Under the pieces are notes generated by a model. That model was not told the DNA's origin. It saw only the letters and a list, made by a program, of their open reading frames with translations, and made no database searches. This document shows, piece by piece, positions 26,666-40,732 of a stretch of 64,000 bases of DNA. The position numbers and the translations under genes are program-made. Numbering within the stretch: the first letter of the stretch is position 1; every line of letters starts with the position of its first letter. Source of the stretch: Owenia fusiformis (lineage: Eukaryota); assembly GCA_903813345.2 (NCBI GenBank), contig CAIIXF020000001.1, positions 21,886,001-21,950,000 of the forward strand. The letters are read 5' to 3'.

Positions 26666-26909
26666 CTGGAGGCTGTTTCTCGAAAGTTTCGTTATTTACA
26701 AATTGTTAATTCAATTGTTATAACGATTTTTTCCATTTCTCGAAAGTTAATGATTCACAATTACATCATAATTTTTCTCAATTATTGATTTTACGACTAC
26801 GAATGGGGGTCTCGTTATTCCATTAACGATGCAGTGTCCATAGAAACGAATCCATGATTTGCTATTAACGATTTGTTAATAAGATAAGTTTCGAGAAACG
26901 GCCCCCTGG
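26666..26909. mobile_element. Short MITE
   Basis: GGCTGTTTCTCGAAA ... TTTCGAGAAACGGCC inverted ends, with an internal repeat of TTTCTCGAAAGTT. Confidence 0.7.
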
Positions 26910-27844
26910 CTACATGACTTTAACTTTAACAAGTACCAGGTATACTAGATACAATATCCCAAAATCATTCTACTCAGCCTGGCTTATTGCTCAATTCTTC
27001 AATATGTTGGTGAGTAAGCATTATGTCAGATCTAGCTATTAAGATAATACATATTGCAAGGTCATTACATTAATATTAACAGTTTTAAATACTGCAAGTG
27101 TTCTATGCCCACAACCAGGTGGAAAATCGATAAAGCAATACCGAGTGAAGCATTCTCGAAGTTTGGTTTTCTCCATTTTTAAGTGTTGCCAAATATTAAG
27201 AGTATCACAATCTCTTACAGGTTTCCCAATTAACCTCACAGTGGAGGTGTTTTAAAATATATTTTAAGATGGCAACAACATAGCATTTATGAAATGGCCA
27301 ATACAATAACTCCGATTCATTCGGTTACAACAATGTCTCATAATGCTATAGCTTGGTCCTGAGATTACATGATCATAAACTCTTGATACAAAATGTATCA
27401 GATTTGTTCTTACAAGGTTATGAATATCCATTCCAACATTTTAAACATTTGATTTTCCAAGCTCTTCATCAATTCCCCCTGCCTACAGGTATCATGATTA
27501 GGCAATAAAAAACACTGTTCTTCAATTTCTTAAACAGAGAGAGAATCTATATGATTTATATAAAGAGTTGGAAAACATTCATGTTAGCTCCTAAAGGATG
27601 GTGATTAAATTTTGGGAGGGTCTGTCCATTTGTTGAAATCAGAAAACGTTGGGACTTAAATTCCCTATGAAACCCAAAATGTTAATTTTCCCATCAAGCA
27701 TTTTCAGTGTATAAGGATTACCAGACACAGCATACCTATTCTACTTTATTGAATTCAAGCCCAACATATCCTGAAAAGGTGGGGTCCCCAAGATTTAACA
27801 GTCAGTCCCCTAACCTAGTATAAATAGTCCTAAATACACTCTAC

Positions 27845-30800
27845 TTATTTTAAATCAAGAATCATTGATGCAGGGTTTTCTAAATAGGATTTCCATAGAT
27901 TTGAGTAACGACACATGGTAGCGCCATCTATGACTCTGTGATCAGCTGACCAGCTGACTTGCATTATGTGAGCCTTCGCAACATTCCCAGCATCAAATCT
28001 TGGCAGAGTCTGCAATAAAATATGAAGTTGGAGTTTTGAATTGCTACTCAATTAAAATTCACCCTCAATCCATTTAGCCATTCATTCTATGTTAATTTAG
28101 AATTTCTTATGCCATCTTGTCATTGCGAACAGCTATTGATCGTTTTCTATCATTTTGTAAATGGTACAATTACAATGTCATGATAAAACAAAAGTTCTAA
28201 TACTTATTGTTTCATGATGAATAGACTGAACAAAATTGTGAGCCATTTATAAACACTCCACTAGGATTTTGTTAAAAAACACTATCGATCTGGAATCTTC
28301 ACTGTGAAATTATTCACTTTGTTATATGTAACATTAAACTTAGACATTTTCACCAATCCAACACTGGTTCATCATACAGTGATTATACTATTACTCACAT
28401 GTATTCATGTACAGGTATTAAATATAACTCACCTGTATTTTGCCTATTGCACCTATGGCCACCTCAGGAGGTAGCAAGACTGGGGAGGCATATGTTCCTC
28501 CAATCTACAAGCAAATTTTTACAAACATTATATTACCACTTCTTCTTCTCATACTTTAAGAAACATATAGTGACTATGCCAGCAATAACTTTCTGCTTTT
28601 TCACCACCAGATGCAATGATGGCACCAACTGAACAAATATCAAAAAAATATTAATTTTAAAAATTAATCCATCTTTGAAAAAGTGTACAAATCATACTCC
28701 ATGGTTTTAATGGCATCGCAATAACTGCCCGCCTTTGTCTTGTATTGTTCTTTCGCAATTGACAGATAAGAGGGGGTCTGGTGAACAAGAAATTTCCCAA
28801 TGGCATTAGTCACAGATTTAACTTTTAACTTCAACTTTTAAGGTTTAACTTACTGATCCTATATTAGATATACTGAAGGTGCCTCCAGTTAAATCACTGG
28901 GGCCAAGTTTTCCCTTAGTTCCTAGGTCCACAAGTCTTGTTAATTCTGAAGCCACTTCAAATATACTCAGTGCCTGGACATTCTTAATGTTAGGGACCAT
29001 CAAACCATCTGGAGTGTCCATTGCTAGACCTATGTTGTGGCTTGCCTAGAAAAAAATAATAAACACAATATACTTTATCACTTTCATTCAATATCATCTC
29101 AAAAGCTCACAGATAGGTGCATGTATCTCCTCTAAACAAAATGACCTATCATTAGATACAATTATTTCCTCTGAGGATTTTGAAGTCTGCAAAGTGATTG
29201 AGGTCTTTGGCAAAGAACACATCTTCTTGATGACGGCATGGAATGTAAAAGTTTGATATTTGTTTAACATAAATGAACTTGGATGTTGTTTACTTGGAAT
29301 GTATCTGTCACAATATAAGTTTGTACATGTAAATGGTTAGTTCAAATATTAGAGATGTTTCTCTCATTAGTGTAACTTGTTTTTGTTTATGGTTATAGTT
29401 GTACAAAGCATATATTTTATGTTCCGCATATACATATAGATTATTAGATTTTATCAATCAATTCTAATATATCATTCTCATCGGAAACATACCTTATAAG
29501 TAATGTTCTCACACTTGTCATCTACATGTGCATTAAGTGTTGGGTACTGGCCTAGTGCAAGTGAAGCTGCCTGCAAGAGTACATGTAACAGAACATTATG
29601 TAATTCACCATATAAGTCAGTTCAATAAGGTATATCTTGACTTAAGTGTTGGGTACTGGCATAGTGCAAGTGAAGCTGCCTGAAAGAGTACATGTAACAG
29701 AACATTATGTAATTCACCATATAAGTCAGTTTAAAAAGGTACATCTTGACTTAAGTGTTGGGTACTGGCCTAGTGCAAGTGAAGCTGCCTGCAAGAGTAC
29801 ATGTAATAGAACATTATGTAATTCACCATATACACAGCCAATATAATTCGACGCCGTTTCGGCATCAAACAAATTCGGCACTGTTCCAGCACCGTTTCGA
29901 CACCGTTCCGGCACCGAAACCTTTCGACACCAAAATTTGCTACCGGACTAGTCAGTCCATTTGGTGCCGAAACGGCACCGAAATTTGGCACCGAAACGGC
30001 GTCGAAAATCAGATTGCATTTTGGGGGTGTAAGTCAGTTTAATAAGGTACATCTTGACCTAAGTGTTGGGTACTGGCCTAGTGCAAGTGAAGCTGCCTGC
30101 AAGAGTACATGTAATAGAACATTATGTAATTCACCATATAAGTCAGTTTAATAAGGTACATCCTGACCTAAGTGTTGGGTACTGGCCTAGTGCAAGTGAA
30201 GCTGCCTGCAAGAGTACATGTAATAGAACATTATGTAATTCACCATATAAGTCAGTTTAATAAGGTACATCTTGACCTAAGTGTTGGGTACTGGCCTAGT
30301 GCAAGTGAAGCTGCCTGCAAGAGTACATGTAATAGAACATTATGTAATTCACCATATAAGTCAGTTTAATAAGGTACATCTTGACCTAAGTGTTGGGTAC
30401 TGGCCTAGTGCAAGTGAAGCTGCCTGCAAGAGTACATGTAACAGAACATTATGTAATTCACCATTAAAGTCAAGTAAATATTACTACAAGGTACATATTG
30501 ACCCATCAAGGTATTGAGAAAAATTGAAATTTCTTTTGCTCATTGTGTCAATAATTCTACACGATTCATTGAATTTTAATGAATGACCGCATAATAGCGA
30601 AGATATAAAATCAACTACTTTGGAAAGACTCATTATAAAGTGGCTAATTAATTGGAAAGATGTGAATTTCAAAAGCCAAGTTTTTTTATTGTGTACCAAA
30701 ACTGAGACAGACAAACATTTGTTTGACTGAAGGATACATTGATAGAAGAGTATGAATTAACAGGGGCTTTTATATGATGCGTAATCAATCCTTAAATCCA

Positions 30801-33708
30801 GTCACATGTCAACAAGTATTATGTTTTATTTCAAATGAAGACACTCACCTTTAAAATAACAGGCATATATGAGAAATTGATTCCTCGCTCAGCTGCCATC
30901 TTTCTCAAACTGTCCCTAAGGTTAACAAGTGCTGTCATGTCAATTTCATCACAGTAGCCAAAGTGAGGAATGGCATTAGCAATAGTCATAGTTTTCACCA
31001 TAGCTTTACGCACTCCCTTTAGAGGTTCAGTTTTGTCTTTACCAAGGACTACTGGTGCTGGCCTCTTCAGTGGGGGTGGTGGTTTAGCTGCAGAGGGGGT
31101 AGGGGCGGTGGATGGAACAGCAGGTTGAGGTGGAGCACTAGGTTGTACGGCTGGAGTTTCTTGAATTTAAAATGAGAATATTGATCTCGTGGTAAATTAT
31201 CATTGATGCATCAAATAAATCATTTACATTTACAAAGTTATTATTAATAAATCATATGAATTCAATCATACTGTATGGTATTTAAATCCGGTTAACTTTA
31301 ATTCTTCTTTTAAACATTACTATTTTGCATGTATTAACATTACTACATAACATTTACCTTTAGGTGTATCTTCTCCTTGCATAAATCTGAGAATATCCTC
31401 CTTTAAGACACGTCCATCTTTCCCAGTACCAGACACCTCACTTAGTCTTATCTACAATTAAATACGTATTGGTATTGAAATCAAACAATTGTATGCAGTA
31501 CACATGTATTATTGTGAAACATTTATCAGTCACAAATTATGGGAGCACCTTAGATTTCATACAAAGCATTATCATGCAAAATGTCACAACCTTAAATTTG
31601 TTACATTTGTTACAGACGTCAAACTCCAACATCCGACAAAAAAGTTGGAGACTTCAACAATATGTGGTGGTGACATAATAAGGGTTGTTGGAGGATTTTA
31701 AATTAATATGCATCTTGCATGTACGCAAAACCATTTCAAATTGAAATCCATTGTGAATATGATAAACTGATCCCATATCCTCCCTGAATATCAGATACCA
31801 GTATATCTTACTTTATTTTCCATGGCCAATCTCCTGACAGCTGGTGTAGCGAGCACCTTGTGTCCTTTCACCATTTGCATAGAGTGATCAGTACTGGATA
31901 TGGTCATCTCACCCTCTTCTGGGGGGTCATAGGTAGGTGTGTCTGTACTGGATGCTGGAAAGAATTTTAGAAGTCAGTTAGAATTATTACAGAGTTAAGT
32001 ATTTGCACTTCTGTACCACCAGACACTTTATTAGTTTATAAATTCAAAATTTATCTCGATGTGATATTTCATTTGGCACATGTGTTCATTTTTCCACACC
32101 GTTGCCTGAAACTTTGTGTTGGTGTTTTGAGATTTTTGAAATTATTTTGCTTCATAAATCCTATGTGCTCTTACAATCTTCACTCACTTAAACTCATGGA
32201 GGAATTGTATTTCAACCATCTGTTATAAATGTGCATGAATATATTTTACTCAAGTAAAGTGTGAACTCTCTAGAAATATTGATGTAAAAACATGTTTTCC
32301 TCATGTATTTAAAATGCAACAGCAATGGAATTTCAAAAACCAAGTAACAACAAAAATCACAATATCCAAACAGCCCTTAATAGTAAATTATTGTAAATAA
32401 TATATTATTGTAATCCCTGATGTAATAATCCTTACATGGAGAGTCTTCATCTGTCTCTATGTCAACTAAAGGGTCCCCAACTAGAGCTAAATCATCTATT
32501 TCATAATAGAGCTTTTTAACCTTTCCATCATAGCGACTAGTGATGGTAACTGAAGCTTTGTCACTTTGGACCTCACATAAACTGTCAAACTGACTAACAG
32601 TGTCACCTTCTTTCACAAACCTGAAATGCAAATGTAGCAATTTGACTTAGTTACAGTACAGACTTAAAATGGCGCAACATCAATTAAATAATGTCCAGTA
32701 TATTTGACTTCAGAAAAGCTGATATTTTCAGAAAATAGGAAAATATGGCAATTGATTCAATTTGTAACAAAATACTTGAATAAGTTTATAGGGAACCAGT
32801 GTTTAGTTTCCAGTTTAATCTTTCAGGTAATTTGCATTTCCAAGTCAGTGTTAATGTTTTTTGTCAGATGGCAAAGGAACTTGTTTATTTAAATGATGGG
32901 CTTTCAACTAGATCTAATTGAAAGCCCATGAAAATACTCAGTTTTAAAAAGTGTTTTCAATACATCACTTAAATTGTGCATTGTGAAATTAATTTTATTA
33001 AAAATGTCCAAAATTTGTTGACATAAAGGTATATCCACTTACCATTCTTTAACATGGACTTCTCGTATCCCCTCACCAATATCAGAAAGTTTAAAAGGAA
33101 CAATTTTCCCCTGGCTCACTGAAAGAAAATATTCTACATAAATTTGATTGATAGGATAAAATCCAATAACAAATAAACACTGTACACAAACATTTAGTAT
33201 TTATATGTAAATGTATATAGCAAACTAAACGCAAATCTAAAATAATTGTGAAAAATGTAAAATCAATATCAATCCAGGTTTAAGAATGAATTAGAAATGA
33301 TAGAATTTTTATGACACATCATCTGGTAACATAATACTCCGCATAATACTTCTTAAATGGATAAATGATAATGATATATAAACACAAGTGCTTTAAGACC
33401 AAATAATACATTGAAAGATTAAATCTGCTATCATGGCTATGAGGACTTGAAATACAGAGATTATGCTTGCAATAAAGTCTACTGTTGGTGTATGTTACAT
33501 ATCACTATGAATTAAAAACAGTTTGGGTGATAAAGGATAAGAGCTACAGGTATTTCATCTTAAGAGAATAATCATTGCACATACCCAAAGATGCATGGAA
33601 TGCCCTAGAGTGTAGATGATGGGTCCTTTGTTTCACTTTGAGAGGGCTGGGAACCTTTTGGACATTCTTCCTTTCATTGAATTTGCCAACTTCTGTGACT
33701 GCGGAGGA
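27845..33708 (-). CDS. DBT: Dihydrolipoamide branched-chain transacylase E2, exons 2 to last (exon 1 lies upstream, see findings)
   Basis: Exons encode [40 protein letters not shown] (lipoyl Lys), [49 protein letters not shown] and [12 protein letters not shown] (catalytic His). Stop at 27845. Confidence 0.96.
29534..30465. repeat. 109-bp tandem array, 7 copies, each holding a DBT 3' splice site plus the first ~38 nt of the exon
   Basis: Units start near 29534, 29643, 29752, 30060, 30169, 30278, 30387. Near-identical ORFs in the track are offset by 109. Confidence 0.95.
29833..30029. mobile_element. 197-bp MITE inserted at TA in copy 3 of the array
   Basis: TA|CACAGCCAA ... TTGGGGGTG|TA, with inverted TCGACGCCGTTTCGG / CCGAAACGGCGTCGA. 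Neighbouring copies show the empty site CACCATATAAGTCAG. Copy 3 to copy 4 offset is 308 = 109 + 197 + 2. Confidence 0.9.
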
Positions 33709-33817
33709 CTGGAATGTATAATTGGGTACTATAAAACATATTTATCCATGCATATATTCATACATGCAAGTTTCAAGAATTCAGAATTTATAGTTACATG
33801 TACATCAAATATCCTTA

Positions 33818-34171
33818 TTGAATTTTTGACCTACCAGATGCTCGAAAATCAAGGATTCCGAGTCTCATACTACAACGTCTTTCTTCAAACTTATACCATT
33901 AAAAGCAAAACAAAATTGCCTTTCTGTCTGTGCATTACTTTATTGTAAAGAGTCCCTCGTTCTAGCAGCGTTTTGGTCCCCAGCTGTTAGAAGGCCTTCT
34001 TACAGCTGGGGACCAAAATGCCGCTGGAAGTAGGGACTCTGTTTAAGAGAATAATGTACCAACAGAAAGGGATTTTTGTTATGCTTTGAATGGAACAAGT
34101 TTGAAGAAAAACGGTGCAGTATGAGACTCGTAATCCTTGATTTTCAAACATCTGGTAGGTCAAAAATTCAA
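33818..34171. mobile_element. Palindromic (foldback) MITE
   Basis: TTGAATTTTTGACCTACCAGATG ... CATCTGGTAGGTCAAAAATTCAA. Arms pair almost to the centre (TTTTGGTCCCCAGCTGT / ACAGCTGGGGACCAAAA). Confidence 0.85.
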
Positions 34172-34996
34172 ATTAACGGTCGAAGTTTGTACCGCGTGTT
34201 GATGTGTAAAATAACAGATTAGGTTCTTTTACCCATTACGAGATTTATAAAACTAATAGCTAAGACACCTAAATGGTGAGGAACAGGGGTATCAGACTTG
34301 CTTTTTGGTGTGTTTTGAAATATTATTTGGTTTTCCCTTTTGGCACTTGTGGTTACATCTTCTCTATACTATTCAAATTAAAAGTTGCTACATGAGATAA
34401 CCATGGATTTTGTTTAGTATTTTTTATTGTATATAAGGTCATACAATACCAACGTTCATTTTGACACTGTAGGTACCTGCCTATTTTCATTGTATTAGGC
34501 CACAATCTTAAGAACTAACACAAACTAATTTTAACAATAAAGATTTGAAAGGGGGACCTAGACTATTTTATGTCCTTGAGAATGCATTTCATCAAAAGTA
34601 TGATCAAGATGGATAGTTATCTTAACCATAGTGGCAGCAGCAATATGTCCAGCCTGCCTTACACAGTTAATCTACAAAAACAAAACTATTTTATGATGTT
34701 TTTAAGTGTACATATATTTATGTCTTTATGTTATAGATGTTATACATGTATATTTATGTCACCTTGCTTAAACTAAATGTAGACCGTGCATTTATTCCAG
34801 GGGATCCACACTTATTTGACATTTCACTTTTATATGATGACATTTAAAGTTATATGGTAACATTTTAATGAACAAGCTCAATATCAAGGGAAATCAAACA
34901 TCTGCAAGAAAGAAGGCATGATAGCACTGAATGAATTACTTAGAGCCTGAGTTGGGTACTCATGTTGGAACAGGAATTTGATGTTTCCTTATTTGA

Positions 34997-37044
34997 TTAT
35001 CTGTAAATATACTGGTAGTCTGGCGTTGGTTCAGTATCATCCAATGGGTGGTAAACAGGTTGAGGAGATTGACGTTTTGTGATCGAAGAAACTCTTTTTG
35101 CAAGGTAGTTTTCATATGCTCCCTGATTTCCTGATACTGTAGCTGCTTGTACTGGATGGTTATTATCATATGGCAGTTGAGGTCCCGAAACCATGGCAAC
35201 TAGTTTTCGTTGGTTGTCATCAAATGTTAGTTGCGGAGGTCTTTGCATTTTAGGTATAGGTCTTCGAACTGGCAGTTTATGTCCTGTAGGGTTTGTTGGG
35301 GAACTCCAGACATCATCATCTAAATATAATTCATTTGCAGGAAGTTTTGCTGTTCTATTTCTTGAAGTAATGACATTGGAATTTCCACGGAATTTTACAT
35401 CAGGTATTATTTGCCTCCCAGATGTTGATTGTATAGCCTCTTCATTCATATGCTCAGTTGGCACATCTCCTTCATCAAGGTGCTCAGACTCTGGTACACA
35501 TACTCCATAGAGTTTATATCCTTGTAGACTGATTATTAAAACATTCTTAGCTGCGAAAAATATGTTTGTGTATGTGACAATTCTGTAGTGAATGATAGTG
35601 ACAAGTCGGACTATGAGAAAAGGAGCATCATGCATAAATGTGGCGATTAATATACTAGCAACAGTGGCATTCCAGCATTTATGCGTTGTTGTCTGACTCT
35701 GAGTACTTGTGATACTTGGTAATGCAAATGTGAACTGAAATAGACTAACACTATAGACAGCCAAAATAGCATAAACTACTCCATCTTGTCCTTGCTTCCA
35801 ATCACTCGTGAAGATATCCAACAGATCAATGATGTCCGCTGCTACGCCTACATATCCTATAAGTTGTTCTGAGAGTTGTTGGCGGGTCATTGCTTCATGG
35901 TGTGGTAATAACCACTTGCCCAGTAGGATCAACAGCAACATGGATTGTACAATGGCAATTTCAAATGTTTCATCTGATACGGGTATATCTATATCCTGAA
36001 ATAAAAGAAGAAATATTTTAAAATTTGTGAACATATATCATAGGGTGGCTTGATTCAATAATTTTGACATAACATCTTCATAAATCATATTTGCCAGAGA
36101 TTTTAAACATCGCAATAAGGGGTCAGAGATTTGGGTTTGGTTTCAGTTCTTGACTCACTCAGTTCTGTTTTGGTTCAGTTATTCTCCGTTCTCATTGCAC
36201 TATTATATTCTGATATGATAAAGAATATAGAACAAAATTAGCCTGTATGATCACTGATCACTGTATTTTGCAATTTTTATAATGTCAAGACCATCATCAG
36301 CATTTTTTCAATCTAGGTTATTTTAGTAAACATGCATTTACGAACAGTAACTTTCCTAAAATTGATATTGTTACAAAAAAAACGATTTTAACAAATTTTC
36401 TGAAACAAATGAACCATAGAGGCCAATAATGGTCTGACCCCTAATTACCATGTAAATTAACAATTACCTCATAAAAATAAGAAGATTTTGATGAATTGTT
36501 GGATGAGTCATAATTTCCAGCACTGAAAAGAGTCGAAAGCTCTTCCTGGTTCATGCTGAGGCTATGCATCTTAATCATCCATACACAAGGCACTGTCATT
36601 ATCAGGTAGAACAGTACTGTAGGGCATATGCTGAAAATATAAAAATGCATGATTAATATTTTCCATTTGAGGTCTGTAAGAGATTGAGACAAATGTTGGA
36701 ATGTGTTTGGTAAAAAGCTGACAATTGATAATATATGTACTAAAAGGGCAAAACTGGATCACACAATATTTTCAACATAAGGTCAACAAAGGTCAATTGG
36801 TATATCATTTAATAGATATACAAGTATTTACAAAAAAGACTTACCTTTTGCTGATCTCAACTCCTCGTCTTTTGAAAATGACATATGCTCCTTCAACGAA
36901 TATGCCTAGGGTTCCGATACAGAGAATCCATCCATAGACACCATAAAATACTGCTATTTTCCAAACTGCTACTAAGCCATGTATCATGAATAAGAACCTA
37001 CTAAGGCAGGCAAATGATGTACGAAAACACTCCGACAAAGCCAT
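34997..37044 (-). CDS. TMEM26: Transmembrane protein 26-like, 3 coding exons: 36845-37044, 36468-36630, 34997-35995 (~453 aa)
   Basis: SRFLFMIHGLVAVW, CPTVLFYL..VPCVW, LILLGKWLLP, TRQQLSEQLIGYVGVAADIIDL, HDAPFLIVRL and FFAAKNVLIISLQGYKL match TMEM26 family motifs. Exon lengths 200 + 163 + 999 are in frame. Confidence 0.88.
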
Positions 37045-40000
37045 TTTAGAATTACCAAAGTGTATAATATGTAATTATATAGTTTTAGTATAAATTATGT
37101 TTCATAAAGTACAGTGTATTAGAAAGTATTAGCCCCTATGCTAAAGCACAATTATATCTGATATTTCATATTTACTTTGAAGACTTACATAACAGAAAGG
37201 ATGATGGTACAGGATGGAGAAGCAGATGAATCTGTTTAATTATACCATGGTCAGAGAATTTGAGATCGGGACTGATATCGGGATATATTGGAATTAGTGG
37301 GATGATATTAGATTTGATATCCATATGATCCCACTGATTCTGATATTAACCCAGATATATATTCCCGGGGATATCCTTTGAGACTTCAACTGAGGTTGCA
37401 TCAACATTAACATGGCAAAATCAACCAAGACCAAGAACTCGAAAAGACTAATTACTGAGTCTCCGTAGTAGTGAATCTAGTCAAGAACAGCGACAGTCAG
37501 AGACAGATAGTGTTATTTCTATTATTCTGTTTTAATTACATGAAACACACTTCACGTTAATATTCTCATCCAACAGATGATTTTTGAGGTAGATGTTGCT
37601 CTTGAAAATGGTATAAGGTCATTATTCACCTGTCAGGATGATATGGGGAATATCCCTCAGATGACATCTATGTTTCCCTCGGTCACTGAGTTATTAATCA
37701 TTCTGATATACACGCATCTAAAAACCTGTCTGTGTTTAGTTTCTCTGATTTTCCATGCCAATCCCGCTGATCGAGTAGGCGGGGCTTCCCATACAATCTT
37801 AAAATTCCCGGGAAGTTTACCCTAGTGAAAAGTTGGCGAACTTTAAAAAAATTTCTTCATGTTTGCTACCGATAACAATCACCATATTTTATGAGATGTT
37901 TATTTCTAATGTTACAAGAATTCATTTGTACAAAAAATATAAAATAATTCGTAGGAACTGTCAGAAATAACTGAATACTTAGGACTTTACAAGGACCTTT
38001 TGCGATCAGAAATAATTGTTTATTACACAGTTGCTATACACACACCGGAATAGCCTGACAACGGTAAAGTCAGATATGGTTGTCGCAAATGGCGAACATA
38101 ACCTTCGCTTCAACTCTTCAATCACTTGGTCCTCGTTTCATGGGATTTTATTGTCGCTAATTCTGTGCATGTGTTAAGCTTGTGTGATGATGTATTATAT
38201 GAAATCCCAATTAAATGGGGTCGTGAATCGCCACAATATAGCATCTTCGTGGTCATTTATACAGTATCCATTGTCCTGTGTCATATTCTGATTGAAAAAA
38301 TAAAAGCCTTTATTTCGATGGTAGAACATATTTAACTATATGATCAGTAGAAAAACACTTTGAGTGATTGCAGTACCAAAAGAATTTAATCTAGTTGCTC
38401 TTTTAAACATACAGTTCATGAAAATCAAATTGAAGCGACGGTTATATCCGCCATTTGTCATCATACAGGCTATTCCAGTATGATGCAGTTCGTTGAGAAT
38501 TCCTTTTGAGATGTGACGTTTAATCACGTGTTTGTAAAAATGAATTTGATAACACCTTTTTAACACATTTTTATATAAAATTCAAGAGCATTCGGTCTTA
38601 AATGATATGGGACAGACAAAATGAAAACTCAAAGTCCATAAGGGTTATCAAAAAGTTACCATTGTTAATAAAACATACTGATACACAAAAGTCATTAAAA
38701 GTATACTTTAGTTGGTTTTTATCCATTTTCCGCAACCATTACATGCATAAACTGATCAAGAGTCACTACTCCCAGTTTTCATCTACATAACACAGACATA
38801 ATTCGCAATGGCCCACAAAATGAGAGGATCTTGAATTTTGATCAATTTCAGTATAATTTCCTGAGAAATTAACACAGTTCCTGAAAATATGATGAATAAT
38901 CAGCCCTTTCTTAGTAATTGTATTTAGCAGTTCTACTACTTTTACTACTTGATAAGAATTCACTAGAAAATCTCCCAAAATATTTCTGGTTGCTTTTCTT
39001 AAATGTTTTATAGGCAAAAGACTGCAAAAGTACAGTATTTTTAGGAATGAAAATTTTCTTTTATAATATTTTTTGCTATATTACATGTATTAGCCTCATT
39101 TTTGGTCTTAAATAAAAAAGAGAAATCTTGCAAAATTCATGTGGAATCGGTCTTCTCCATTGTAGAATTGATTAGTTCACTTACAGAATTCATCATTTCA
39201 ACTCGTAGAAAAATGGAAGGTCAAGTTTCCTGTTTCTTTAACCACAATAATATTTAACTATGAAAACAAACTGGACAAAGAAAAAAAAGAAAAAAGAAAT
39301 AAAGCGATAAGTTTGTTTACAAGATAACCAAATATCCACAAAATTAAATAAGTATTTCTGATCAGGCATTTTGATCATTGGAATCTTATGTTTTTTAACC
39401 TCAAAGCATTTTTCCTTGTATGATTTCTAAAAAAAGCTACTGAGATTATATATTTTTGTTTATCAATTAGTCTCAGAGATGATTGAAAGTGACAAATTAA
39501 TGTGCAGGAAATCCAATAGAGACTAGCTATGATATAGTTGAAATCTGAAAACATTTGTTTACTTCAATGTCAAGATCGAATGCTGCAATGTCAAACTATG
39601 TATGTGGCCTGATGATGGAAACAACAAACTGAATTGAGATACATATAATCAAAATGACAGATATATCAGAAAAGAAGATGATGGCACTCCTTAAAACTAA
39701 GATGAGGCCTGAGGGGTACCAGCGTCTGAGCGGGCGTCTGAGAAGACAGCACTTATACTCAACGATCAAGATTTATGAAAAGCTTAAATATCATCATAGA
39801 GATTAATCTATTTGTGTTAGAAGAGGCACTATGCAGAAAAAGTTAAAAAAATAATGGAAAAATGTCACATAATCAATAAGATACTGTACAAAGCTTGTTT
39901 TGTGTTAAAATTTAGTGGGAAAAATAACTCAAGTGAGAAAAATAACTCAAGTGGAAAACAGCATTAGAAGTTCAGAGATAGTAAGTGGAGCATGTACACT

Positions 40001-40732
40001 TTTTGCCATAGTGTTTTTAAATAACTTTTGATTGAAAAGATGATGTACATGGTTGACACTTTGATAAAATATTAATAAATCATGTGATACAAATAAATTT
40101 GCCATCTTTCCTTGACACTGATAAACCAATGTCGTTGCATGAGAATAAATGACGATTTCCCTGCTTTATAGAGAGCTGGATAATGTTCATTATGTTCCAA
40201 ACTGGCGCTAGATGTTTATATTTTAATCATGTAAGATCTTGCATTTGCGCGGCATTGATGTGTTGAAATAGATTGGGAAATATATGTGGCTCTGTCCATC
40301 CAGTATGATTGCACATGCAAAGAATTGCAATACCCTGCAGCATTACAGTGCACAACAAACAATTTAGGTTCTCAGCGGGGCAGAAATGTATGCACATTGT
40401 TTATAAAAAGCACTTGCATATAGAACGTCAGGAGTAGATACTGGCTTAACTGGTCAGAATTACTCGAGTCTCTAACCAATTCTTGACTAGAAGTAATTCT
40501 ATCTGGAACACCGTGAACTATTGTAAAATTTCTCGTCAGGGTCCAATAAATTTAAGTAACAATTCTAAAAACCGTCATGTTAATATTTCATGAATTGAAA
40601 TTGAACTCAGCAGGAGATCCAAGACGTCATTTCCATTGTTCTTTCGGCAAAATCGCGTAGTAATCTACGGTGATCAGTCCATTTAAATTTCACGCTTTTG
40701 AACGTCATGGTGTATACATGCATTTCTAATCG

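Noticed and set aside
29534-30465. CRISPR-like array
   Set aside because: Units are contiguous with no unique spacers, derive from a DBT intron-exon junction, and there are no cas genes in this eukaryotic context.
29646-30517. Family of small plus-strand ORFs ([12 protein letters not shown]...)
   Set aside because: Antisense read-through of the 109-bp repeat with non-ATG starts.
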